DNA of 48,987 nucleotides from Bacteroidales bacterium (GTDB lineage Bacteria; Bacteroidota; Bacteroidia; Bacteroidales; UBA12077): the NCBI GenBank assembly GCA_028282585.1, contig JANQHR010000058.1:1-48987 (forward strand), given 5' to 3'. The notes beneath the pieces were generated by a model that saw only the letters and a list, made by a program, of their open reading frames with translations, ran no database searches and had not been told where the DNA came from. Of the stretch, positions 9,567 through 18,566 are shown one piece after another (the stretch's first letter is position 1; each line of letters begins with the position of its first letter). The position numbers were made by a program, and so were the translations under genes.

Positions 9567-10998
9567 GTATAAGCTCATTAACATATTTCTTAAATAAATT
9601 ACCTCTTTCAAACATATCAGTAAAATATGGTGCACCACTGCATCCAGAAGAAAGCAATAATGTACCATTTTCATCCTGTGCCTTTTTTAATCCCACTGAA
9701 GTGGCTTCCTTTAGAGAATCAACTATAGTATAATTATCATATTTCAAATTAGATAATAATTTTAGAATTATCTCAGAAGTACTATCATTTCTATATAAAA
9801 CAACATTTATATTGCTTTGAACTAATCTATGGGATAACTTTTCAAAGGAAAGATTTTTGTGACCACCACCACCTATAATTAGTGTTATAGGTAATTTATC
9901 GCATGATTCTATTGCGAACATTACTGATTCTGGCGTAGAAGCTGCTGAATCATTTATTACTGCAAAATTAGAGTTCGTATTTAACAACTCAAACCTATGT
10001 TCTAAACCGTTATATGAATTTAAAGCCTTTAAAAGCAAATTTTCATTTAACTCAATGTTTATATAGAATTCTTTTATATAATAATATGCTGTACATATAC
10101 TGGCAACAACTAATTCAAAATGATGAGATACTCGTAGAGTTGTATTTAATTGATTTACAGGTGCTAACTTATAGAAATCACCATTTTGGTTTAATGTAAT
10201 ATATCCATCTTTAATAAAACATACAGCGAAGTAATTTGGCAAATCATTGTCTTTCAATTCTTCACTAGTGAATAAAACTTTCTTAGATTTAGTAGTTAAA
10301 CCAGCTATTCTGTTATCATTTAACGGAAGAATACAATAATCATCAATATTTTGATGTTTTAATATGTTTTTTTTATCATCAAAATACTCATCAATATCAT
10401 CATAAAAGTTAAGGTGATCTTCAAAGAAATTGAGCCAACATGCTATATTTGGTGACTTTTTATGTTTATTAAGTTCTCTCAACTGCCATGAAGACATTTC
10501 GAGAACAAAATCATTGGCTTTTCCTAAATAACTCAAAGGTGAAACACAATTATTACCTGCTGCAACACTATTTACTCCTAAGAATGATAATAAATGATTT
10601 GTTAAACCAGTAGTATAGCTTTTCCCTTTAGTTCCTGTGATGCCAATATATTGCTTATTATTTAATTCTGAAAAAATACCAATAGGACATTCCACAACTT
10701 TACCATTCTTTAAAGCATTCTGTATATAATTATTCGAATCTTTTATGCCTGGATTCTTGATAATAATATCGTGATTTTGAAAATCAGTTTCTCTATGTTT
10801 CCCTAATACTAAAGCTTTTGGAATATCTTTTACAAGTTTTAATGATTCTCTTAATGATTCTTCATCTTTAAGGTCTGTGATAGTTATTTTTGCACCATGT
10901 TCATAGGCAAATCTAGCGGATTCAACACCGCCACCTTTTGTACCTAATCCCATGATTAGAACTTTTTTATCTTTAAAATCTGATAAGGATTTAATCAT
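9556..10998 (-). CDS. MurD-like amino-acid ligase (divergent, outside dcw cluster)
   Basis: GLGTKGGG, NPGI, ITGTKGKS P-loop, LEMSSWQL, DHLNFY, GLEHRFE, INDS, LLS..ERG. Confidence 0.85.
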   Translation of the reverse strand: MIKSLSDFKDKKVLIMGLGTKGGGVESARFAYEHGAKITITDLKDEESLRESLKLVKDIPKALVLGKHRETDFQNHDIIIKNPGIKDSNNYIQNALKNGKVVECPIGIFSELNNKQYIGITGTKGKSYTTGLTNHLLSFLGVNSVAAGNNCVSPLSYLGKANDFVLEMSSWQLRELNKHKKSPNIACWLNFFEDHLNFYDDIDEYFDDKKNILKHQNIDDYCILPLNDNRIAGLTTKSKKVLFTSEELKDNDLPNYFAVCFIKDGYITLNQNGDFYKLAPVNQLNTTLRVSHHFELVVASICTAYYYIKEFYINIELNENLLLKALNSYNGLEHRFELLNTNSNFAVINDSAASTPESVMFAIESCDKLPITLIIGGGGHKNLSFEKLSHRLVQSNINVVLYRNDSTSEIILKLLSNLKYDNYTIVDSLKEATSVGLKKAQDENGTLLLSSGCSGAPYFTDMFERGNLFKKYVNELIHGN

Positions 10999-11005
10999 TC
11001 CTATC

Positions 11006-11980
11006 TTAAATTACACCAAATAAAATTTTGTCTAACGAATTAACTGAACGATAACTACTTAATCCATTTGAGTATAAATCAAATATTTTCTTCCCTAATA
11101 ATTTATTCTCATCTGAATAACACTCATCAGCGACACATTTACCACATGAAACAGTGTTAAAGTCGGTATTAACGTCAAATAATTCCGCTTCTATTCTACC
11201 CACGAATCTCTGGCAGGCGTAAATTTTTTTATCACTCGAAATTAGAATGGTCTTTTCTCCTGCATTGCACATAAATTCAGGATTTTCTAAACCTAATAAT
11301 AGTCTATGATGACCACCTAATAAAATATTGTTTTGTTTTGCCAAACTGTATGCTTCTTTTATAAGATTATATTTTAAGTCATTAGACAGTGGATTGTCTG
11401 GGTCATATAATAAGGAAACTGAAAGATCATGAATATCTAAATCACTTTTTATATAAAGCATAAAATCATTAAGTCTATTTACGGTATAATCATCTAATAC
11501 CATATTGATATAAACTGGCATATTCAATGACTTTAATACTTTTATTCCTGATACAGTTTGTTTAAATGTATTTTGTCCATTTCTTGATATTCTCCTCTTA
11601 TTATGTACTTCTTCTATGCCATCTAAAGAAACTATATGAATAAGTCTGTTTTTATGCGAAGATTTTACTAATTCTAAAAGTTCTTTATTTATGAGTGTCC
11701 CATTACTATTGATGATTATCTTACCATTTTTAAAGCGATCTAAAAATGCATTTGATAATTCTAAAATGAAATTAATATCAAGATATGGTTCTCCACCAAT
11801 AAATCTAATTTCAGGATCTTTGTAATAATTTTGCTCATCAAGATTATCCATGAATTTATTTACAACCGAACGTATATTATCACGATCACACTTCTTTATT
11901 CTCTCAGTATGTGGAATATAACAATACGTGCATTCACAATTACAGTTTTGAGTCGTCATTAAATAAAGTCTAGTAATCAT
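11006..11980 (-). CDS. Radical SAM protein with SPASM/Twitch-like C-terminus
   Basis: CNCECTYC, GGEP, SLDG, CNAG...YAC...CGKC...C; likely start ATG 11980 overlapping the upstream stop. Confidence 0.85.
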   Translation of the reverse strand: MITRLYLMTTQNCNCECTYCYIPHTERIKKCDRDNIRSVVNKFMDNLDEQNYYKDPEIRFIGGEPYLDINFILELSNAFLDRFKNGKIIINSNGTLINKELLELVKSSHKNRLIHIVSLDGIEEVHNKRRISRNGQNTFKQTVSGIKVLKSLNMPVYINMVLDDYTVNRLNDFMLYIKSDLDIHDLSVSLLYDPDNPLSNDLKYNLIKEAYSLAKQNNILLGGHHRLLLGLENPEFMCNAGEKTILISSDKKIYACQRFVGRIEAELFDVNTDFNTVSCGKCVADECYSDENKLLGKKIFDLYSNGLSSYRSVNSLDKILFGVI

Positions 11981-12794
11981 ATTCGTATCCTCCCCTGCAA
12001 TCAAATTCAGATATTCTTTCTGGTAATGATGCTTTGCAAAACGAAGCCTTAATTCCAGCGTTTTGAAACCTTTCTGACGTTTGTTTTAATACTTTTAACC
12101 TGTAATCAATATATGGATGCGTTGGCACATCAGATAATTCGGGATAATACTGCATCATGTTATCAATCAAAGTAGTTGATAAATGCTTCTTCATATTGGA
12201 AAGGATTTTGGATGAAATTCGTAGTGTTTCCGCAGTAATAGCACTAGGTTTACATTCATACAACCAATCAACTAATCTTTCCAGTTCTTTGCTATCCGTA
12301 ATCCCTGGTATAATCGGATCAATTTTAACAACTGTTTTTAAGCCTTCAATCTTTACAAGTTTTTCTATTAATTCTTTTCTTTCCGTTGCACTTGGTGCAT
12401 TTGGTTCTAATTGCTTTGTTAAATCATCATTTAAAGAATTAATTGAAACTGCTACAAAACTGTTTTTCTTATTCCTAAATAAGTCTATATCCCTTAACAC
12501 CAAAGGACTTTTAGTAATTACAAAAAATGGTATGTTTTTATATGAAAGTGCAGATAATATCTTTCTGGTATATCCTTTTTCTTTTTCTTCATAATCATAG
12601 CAATCTGTCCAGGGCGATAGGTAAAACGGATTATTATTCGAATTTAATGAATTTATTTTAGCTATTTCTTTATCTATATCGATGCCTGAATTAAGATCTT
12701 TGGTTTGAGATATACAATATATACAGTTAAACGAACATTGAGTATATACATCTATTTCATTATGAACTGGACATTTATTTTCGTATTTAGGCAT
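11970..12794 (-). CDS. Radical SAM protein, SPL/Rv2578c-like family
   Basis: YTQCSFNCIYC, TDCY, ITKSPLVLRDIDL, LEPNAPS..ER, PIIPGITD. Confidence 0.85.
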   Translation of the reverse strand: MPKYENKCPVHNEIDVYTQCSFNCIYCISQTKDLNSGIDIDKEIAKINSLNSNNNPFYLSPWTDCYDYEEKEKGYTRKILSALSYKNIPFFVITKSPLVLRDIDLFRNKKNSFVAVSINSLNDDLTKQLEPNAPSATERKELIEKLVKIEGLKTVVKIDPIIPGITDSKELERLVDWLYECKPSAITAETLRISSKILSNMKKHLSTTLIDNMMQYYPELSDVPTHPYIDYRLKVLKQTSERFQNAGIKASFCKASLPERISEFDCRGGYEYDY

Positions 12795-12797
12795 GAT

Positions 12798-13601
12798 TTA
12801 ATCAATTAATTCCGGTCTATATTCAAAATGCATAGTATCGTAGTGATACCATTTTCCACCCCATATAAAACCATGTTTTTCAAATATATTAACAATCTGC
12901 AAAGGTATTTTATTTTTGTATTTAAACTCCTTTTTAGAATCAATATCCCATTTCCAGTAATTAGAGTATTCAACGTTTATGTCGATAGCAATTCCAAAAC
13001 TGTGAGCACTTAATCTGTTTGTGCCACTAATAACACGCCATTTAAACGTACCTGCAGGCTTTATAACAAACTTTTTAAGTTCATCTGGCAATGTATCAAG
13101 TTCTTGCGATATCTGTTCTAACTTATTATGAATCCCGTTTATTTTTGTTACTAATAGTTTAGAACTATCAGAGTTTGGTAACCAAATAATTTCAACAAGA
13201 TTTTCTTTTACTTCTTCTTCGGTATTTCCGTACATCTTTTTTAGAAAAGCATCATTTCTAATTCTTCCAGGATCATAATTTAAAGATAATATGTCCATAT
13301 AATTTGGATCAGAAGGATATTCATAAAAAAACTGATCTTCGATATCGGGAAAATTTAGTAGCGAATCATGTGATTTAGTAAGTATTTTGTCATCAAATAT
13401 CATTGTAGTGCTATCAGTCCATATTAGCTGATTATCTTTAATTCCTAGAATAAAATCTGGATATGCCTTTTTTAGCTTATTTTCAATGCTTTCTATCCTA
13501 CTTAACTCTTTTGTTGGTATTTGTATGTTTTTTACTTCTTTTTGCCTACAACAGGTTAAAAACAGCAATAAAATAGATAATAATATGAATAACTTTCTCA
13601 T
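12798..13601 (-). CDS. M15 family Zn peptidase lipoprotein (VanY/CwlK-like)
   Basis: Signal peptide with Cys; R...SAHSFGIAID...WGGKW..YDTMHFEY. Confidence 0.9.
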   Translation of the reverse strand: MRKLFILLSILLLFLTCCRQKEVKNIQIPTKELSRIESIENKLKKAYPDFILGIKDNQLIWTDSTTMIFDDKILTKSHDSLLNFPDIEDQFFYEYPSDPNYMDILSLNYDPGRIRNDAFLKKMYGNTEEEVKENLVEIIWLPNSDSSKLLVTKINGIHNKLEQISQELDTLPDELKKFVIKPAGTFKWRVISGTNRLSAHSFGIAIDINVEYSNYWKWDIDSKKEFKYKNKIPLQIVNIFEKHGFIWGGKWYHYDTMHFEYRPELID

Positions 13602-13604
13602 TTT

Positions 13605-15068
13605 CTAACGAATGTAATCTTTACTTCTTCTTTTTAATAAATATTCAGGTTTGGGTTTCACAGGATTCCATAAACCAATTTTTTTAACTAAATCATAGTT
13701 ATCCAAATCAAGAATCTTCTTATAAAATTTTTGCCATTTATCTTCTCTTAATAAATAATATTCACCCTGCAAATGCTTAAGATTAATAAGATCTTCTTCA
13801 TCCAAGTATTTCTTAAAATAGTAGTATTTGACATTTGAAGTAATTCTCCAAACAGTCTCATATTTTGTTGAATCAATAGGTTGCCAATTGGTTGCATCAT
13901 AATCAGAATAGATTATAACAATTTGAGCCAAAGCTTGATGTGCAATAATAAGTTCAGCTTCTTTATCTTTCAAATATGAATTCACATTATCCATAGTAAT
14001 GAAATAGCTTCCATATGGCGGATCAAACTTGTTTGGGTTATATGATTTGAATGAAAAAGCCGATAACACTATTAGACAACCAATAAGCGAAATCTTAATA
14101 TAGTTAGGAAATAGCTTTACTAAATAAGGAATAGCTAGAACAGCTATCAAATTAAATGCAAGATAAAACCTAAAACCAATACTTGCTTTTGTAAATGTGT
14201 ATATAGGCAAGCTTAATACCATTAAAGTAGTAATCAGAAATTTACTAGCATCATCAATTTTTTTGGTCTTTATAAATTTAAATAGCTTTATTACTAAGAA
14301 TACAAGAAAAGCTATATAAAGTAGTATTGTTTCAACTTTCCAAACAATGGACATTTTACTCCATCCAAAAAAGTCAATCAGTTGCAATGGCGGAATATAT
14401 AAACTCTCTGATATTAAATTGGAGAATCTTTCAAAATCTGCAATATGAATAATTCCAGGTAATAAAAAAGCTATCAATAAAGCAAGTGCAACAAATGGCA
14501 ATAATAACTTGAATTTAAATCCTTTTAGAAAACCAATCAAAAGTATAATTACAGATATTCCAGCAATCATCCTATGCGCCATAAATCCAAGTAAAAAGAA
14601 AACCCCAGTCCATATCAATTTTCTTTCAGCTAAGAAATATAAAAGCCATAAGAAAAATATTACACCTAGCAGATTCTTCGGAAACTGTGCAGTGAAATAA
14701 TAAAAGGTTGGACTAAATATAAAAAAGGCACCAACTAAGAAGGATGTAAAAATATTATTTGTTAGTTTTTTTGAAATGAAGAAAGCTGAAACCGTTAATG
14801 TTCCTGATAATACAGCACTACCAATTTTAAATGCGAGTATGTAATCTCTAGCTAAATAAGATAAAGTTATGTAATATGGATAAATTAAAGAATAATCAGG
14901 TGAACGCATAGCTCCCTTCTCAATGAAAGTATAAGCTTGCATTATGTAATAATATCCATCCCACCCATTTGCAAATGGAGTTTGATTTAATGCAATGAAT
15001 TGCAAAATAAACGAGATAAGAAATATTACAGGTAATGAAATTTTTATTAAAACAGACTCTTTAATCAC
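13605..15068 (-). CDS. Polytopic membrane protein, GT-C (ArnT/PMT-like) glycosyltransferase-like
   Basis: About 10 hydrophobic segments; first loop NGWDGYYY acidic motif; soluble C-terminus. Confidence 0.55.
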   Translation of the reverse strand: MIKESVLIKISLPVIFLISFILQFIALNQTPFANGWDGYYYIMQAYTFIEKGAMRSPDYSLIYPYYITLSYLARDYILAFKIGSAVLSGTLTVSAFFISKKLTNNIFTSFLVGAFFIFSPTFYYFTAQFPKNLLGVIFFLWLLYFLAERKLIWTGVFFLLGFMAHRMIAGISVIILLIGFLKGFKFKLLLPFVALALLIAFLLPGIIHIADFERFSNLISESLYIPPLQLIDFFGWSKMSIVWKVETILLYIAFLVFLVIKLFKFIKTKKIDDASKFLITTLMVLSLPIYTFTKASIGFRFYLAFNLIAVLAIPYLVKLFPNYIKISLIGCLIVLSAFSFKSYNPNKFDPPYGSYFITMDNVNSYLKDKEAELIIAHQALAQIVIIYSDYDATNWQPIDSTKYETVWRITSNVKYYYFKKYLDEEDLINLKHLQGEYYLLREDKWQKFYKKILDLDNYDLVKKIGLWNPVKPKPEYLLKRRSKDYIR

Positions 15069-16069
15069 TTTTTACCTTCTTCAATATCTTTGATATAATA
15101 TATGTTGTACATTTCTATTTCCGTAAGTTGATCTGTTATATCATCATGAATGCCATTATACCAAGGTTTTGAACCGAAAAAATTCTGCATCTTTTCAGTT
15201 TTAAATTTATAGCCCTTTCTAGCATAAAACTGATTTCGAATGTAAGTTAAATCCTGCTTATCAATAATTTCTAGGTCTGTTTCATCAAATTTCTTTTTTT
15301 GCCCTAATCCATGAATTATTTCAAAAAGATCTACATTAATTTTATCTAGAAATTCATCAAAATAAATAGGTCCATTTTCACCATAAGTACTATAGTGATA
15401 TGCATCGACAGAGTAAAACTTTCCATTTATCGTTAAAAATAAAGTATCGTTAGCTTTCTTATCGAAATGCCAGCTTCCTTTAACAATAAATCTATTTGAT
15501 TTTTTAACATTCTGTAAACTTGTATCTATTTGGTCAAGCCTACGCTGATGTTCATCATTCCATTCTTTAATTTCTTCTTCTGACATTTTTTCTTCCTCTG
15601 ACCAGTGTAATCTATGACCTTCACCTACATCTCTTCTTTTTAAATCATATTCTGTTATGTCACTATCATAAATTCTATAAAAATTAAAAGTTTGATCCGA
15701 TAAACTAACTGTTATTGAGTCCTTAGGATTTTTTATTTTTCTATAGGGATCCAAATGCTTTTCATTAATATATTCAATTAATATGTAGCTCATTAAAGCA
15801 TCTGTTAATCCTTTAAAAATATTTAATTCAGTTTCTGTTGCTTTACTTAAGCCAATATCGCTAAAATAAATTGATTCAAAAGTTTCATAATTGCTTTGAA
15901 TTACATTCGGAATCTTTTTTTTCTGATTTTCAATTGCTTTCTTATCAATTGTAGGAGTTGCTTTTACTTCTTCTGTTATTGCCTTAGCTGTATCGCTTTC
16001 TTTTTTTTCAGTTTTAGAGTTGCAGCTGATTAATAATAATAAAGCTAGAATGATGCTTAGATTTCTCAT
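15065..16069 (-). CDS. YARHG-domain lipoprotein
   Basis: Lipobox LLISC; C-terminal IRNQFYARKGYKFKT..MQNFFGSKPWY..LTEIEMYNI. Confidence 0.85.
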   Translation of the reverse strand: MRNLSIILALLLLISCNSKTEKKESDTAKAITEEVKATPTIDKKAIENQKKKIPNVIQSNYETFESIYFSDIGLSKATETELNIFKGLTDALMSYILIEYINEKHLDPYRKIKNPKDSITVSLSDQTFNFYRIYDSDITEYDLKRRDVGEGHRLHWSEEEKMSEEEIKEWNDEHQRRLDQIDTSLQNVKKSNRFIVKGSWHFDKKANDTLFLTINGKFYSVDAYHYSTYGENGPIYFDEFLDKINVDLFEIIHGLGQKKKFDETDLEIIDKQDLTYIRNQFYARKGYKFKTEKMQNFFGSKPWYNGIHDDITDQLTEIEMYNIYYIKDIEEGKK

Positions 16070-16097
16070 ATCATTTATGTTGTTAGTAAGATCAATA

Positions 16098-16105
16098 CAA
16101 AAATA
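16098..16105 (-). promoter_or_regulatory. Bacteroidota -7 promoter box for the YARHG-to-PGT operon
   Basis: TATTTTTG (TAnnTTTG) about 30 bp upstream of ATG 16069. Confidence 0.45.
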
Positions 16106-16150
16106 GAATTATTTTTTACTTATGAATTAATGAATGCAATTTTAAATAAC

Positions 16151-16410
16151 TAGTAGATAGTTAGGTTGTTGAATTTAAAAAAGTAGTAGATTAATTGTAA
16201 AAATATTAATACATAGAATTGTATATCAGTTTTTTTAATTATGATAATGAATTGGACACTTCTACTTAAGCAACGATATGTCATCAGGTAAAATTGGGTA
16301 ATTTAGCTTTTCTTTAAAAATTGTGAAAAATGGTTATAACGAAGTTCCAATAAAAGAAAGCTAGGTTTTATATTTTTTTCATGATTGGACAAACTAACTT
16401 ATCTGCCACA
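16151..16410 (-). mobile_element. Transposon-like end, copy 2 (Tn7-like architecture)
   Basis: Minus strand begins TGTGGCAGATAAGTTAGTTTGTCCAA; related sites at 16385-16404, 16294-16313, 16252-16271; similarity to copy 1 stops exactly after ...CCACA. Confidence 0.7.
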
Positions 16411-16442
16411 CTCGGTCCCGACGATTACTGCCGGGATTCGAG
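16411..16442. repeat. GC-rich imperfect palindrome (REP-like or terminator) abutting the transposon end
   Basis: ctcggtcccg-acgattactgc-cgggattcgag. Confidence 0.55.
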
Positions 16443-16476
16443 AACGATCGAAATTATGTTAAGTTTTTTGTTCCCT

Positions 16477-16932
16477 TTACAAAGTTTTATATGACCACAT
16501 TTTATCTTGTCCGGGTTTACCTTCAAATAATTCAATCTTATTATCTTCGGGCATAAATACTACATCAGGAAGGTTTGTTGTTCCAAAGTCTAAATATTTT
16601 AGTGTTTCACTATCTGATGTATTCTTTAATTGATGCACTCCCTTTTCTCCAGCGGGAAATCTTAAAATATCGCCCGACTTAACTTTTAATACTCCACTCG
16701 CTGTTATCACTTCTCCATGCCCCTCAATGATATAGAAAATTTCCTCGTTGCAAGTATGATAATGGAGTGGCCAGTTGATTTTCCCCGGTGAAATTTCATA
16801 TATATCGCAATACATTTTGTTGACGTGTTCATCATCAATTATTCTTTTTCTGTTATGCTCTATTTCATCAGCCTTTGACCAACTACTCCATTTTACTTCC
16901 TTTTCATTGATTTTTAATGTCTTATGTTTCAT
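16477..16932 (-). CDS. Cupin domain protein
   Basis: PLHYHTCNEEIFYIIEG...GDILRFPAG...HQLKN. Confidence 0.9.
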   Translation of the reverse strand: MKHKTLKINEKEVKWSSWSKADEIEHNRKRIIDDEHVNKMYCDIYEISPGKINWPLHYHTCNEEIFYIIEGHGEVITASGVLKVKSGDILRFPAGEKGVHQLKNTSDSETLKYLDFGTTNLPDVVFMPEDNKIELFEGKPGQDKMWSYKTL

Positions 16933-17222
16933 AATATCTTATTTTCTGATTGTAAATTCCGTCTCACCCGGTAGCACCTTTGCCTTGTAGCTAACTGTTG
17001 TTAGCGCAAATATATCAAAAATGCCATATATTATTCCTTTAAAGTAAAATACTGTGTGGATTTAAATCAGCCTTCATTTTAATACGGCTAACAAGTATTT
17101 AATTATAAGGTGTTTATTTGCTTAGAATTGAATATTTAGTATAAATATGCTCTCCTACAGGTCATATACAAAATCGTATCAATTTCGTTTGTGAATAGCC
17201 AAATTTTGCTGGTTCAGGGAAG

Positions 17223-17873
17223 TTAGTTATGAACTGTTTTTGTTCTGTCAGGGTAAATCTTATCAAGTAAGTTTTCAGTTTTCAAAAATTCATAATACAC
17301 TTCTCTATATATACCCTGATATTTATCCTGAATCGAATTTTTTAACTCAGTAAATGTGCTTTTCAATTTTATAAAAATTATGTTCATTTCATGAAACCGG
17401 GTATCAACCGAAATTGATTTCTTGTTCAAATAAAATAGAGATCTATTCTGTATGCTTAAATTTTCTTTTGAATATTCCAGTAGATTGCATAAATACACAT
17501 TATTCTTTATTTCATCCATGTATGGTGCAATTGCCCTTAACAGATCTGTGTAAGAAACAGGTTTTGTTATATAGCCATCAGCACCCATGTTCATTGCCTT
17601 TTTTCTATCGTCTATTTCGGATAATGCAGAACAAACAATGGTTGGTGTTTGAAAATTTAACTTTTTTGCTTTCTCAATAAACTCCAATCCATCCATTACA
17701 GGCATTTTGATATCAGAAATTATTAAGCTAACTTTTTCCTTTTTCAATATTTCCAGGCCCTCAACCCCGTTAATTGCCTGTATCGTTTTGCCAAACGGAT
17801 TAATCAAGCAATCCAGCAGCAAAAAATTTGTTAATTCATCTTCTAATATTAGAATCTTTACCTCGTCTTTCAT
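17223..17873 (-). CDS. Response regulator receiver-domain protein with C-terminal extension
   Basis: ILEDE, SDIKMPVMDG, SAL, GADGYITKP. Confidence 0.85.
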   Translation of the reverse strand: MKDEVKILILEDELTNFLLLDCLINPFGKTIQAINGVEGLEILKKEKVSLIISDIKMPVMDGLEFIEKAKKLNFQTPTIVCSALSEIDDRKKAMNMGADGYITKPVSYTDLLRAIAPYMDEIKNNVYLCNLLEYSKENLSIQNRSLFYLNKKSISVDTRFHEMNIIFIKLKSTFTELKNSIQDKYQGIYREVYYEFLKTENLLDKIYPDRTKTVHN

Positions 17874-17877
17874 GAAC

Positions 17878-18393
17878 TTAAATACACTTTAGCTTATTGT
17901 TTTTATTAAAAATCAAAACATTTTGCGTTTCAGTTATATTTTCCTTTAAATTTCTAAGCAGTTTTTTAGTTTCAGTAGATATGTTCTTAATATCTTTTAC
18001 CTCATATATGGTATTTTTTAATATAATGCTAAATTGAATGATTTTATTTTTAACATAATGCGCTGAATACTTTTCCGATTCATCCATATCGACAAAAACA
18101 CTATCATAGATTTTAACTATATTATCAGTATCCGTTATAATTTTCTTTAAAGCAGATTCGGTGTCATCAAATGCACCATTAACGATATAGGTAATTGTAT
18201 CTTTAAATATCTGAAGCGATATATTTACTTGATCAATCGCCTCAAGGTTTTTCAATAAATTATCATTAATTAAACGTTGTTTTCTTACTTTTTTAGATAA
18301 CCTGTGATTAATAAAAACCGTGATAAAACTTCCGGAAGCAATGATAAGAGCGGTAATTGATGCAATTAGTTCTACTTTAATATCAGTATTCAT
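17878..18393 (-). CDS. Hypothetical protein with N-terminal TM helix
   Basis: 171-aa ORF, hydrophobic N-terminus, 4 bp from downstream regulator. Confidence 0.6.
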   Translation of the reverse strand: MNTDIKVELIASITALIIASGSFITVFINHRLSKKVRKQRLINDNLLKNLEAIDQVNISLQIFKDTITYIVNGAFDDTESALKKIITDTDNIVKIYDSVFVDMDESEKYSAHYVKNKIIQFSIILKNTIYEVKDIKNISTETKKLLRNLKENITETQNVLIFNKNNKLKCI

Positions 18394-18566
18394 AATTCTT
18401 TAAGAAATTGAGTTAATAACAAGATGAATATAGTAAATAAAAAAATATTGATCAAAATATAGGTATATTTCTCATGTAAATTCATTAAATTACCTTGTAT
18501 TCGTTTTGTGTTTTATCAATTGTCATTGATTTTAAAAACATAGCATATGATTAAAACAATACTGTA

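Noticed and set aside
9567-9674. Extended N-terminus of the sugar transferase in the ORF track
   Set aside because: Overlaps the MurD-like gene by >100 bp; family similarity begins at MAIRIFD
12798-13601. Classical van glycopeptide-resistance cluster
   Set aside because: No D-Ala-D-Lac/Ser ligase, VanH or VanRS in the window
16411-16450. tRNA 3' fragment (TCGAATCCC on minus strand)
   Set aside because: No cloverleaf or acceptor stem; better explained as a palindrome
16437-16464. dif-like site (TTATGTTAAGT resembles the XerD arm)
   Set aside because: No recognisable XerC arm at the 6-bp spacing
16989-17095. Integron attC-like cores (GCTAAC...GTTAGC)
   Set aside because: Too short, no L boxes, no integrase or regular cassette array
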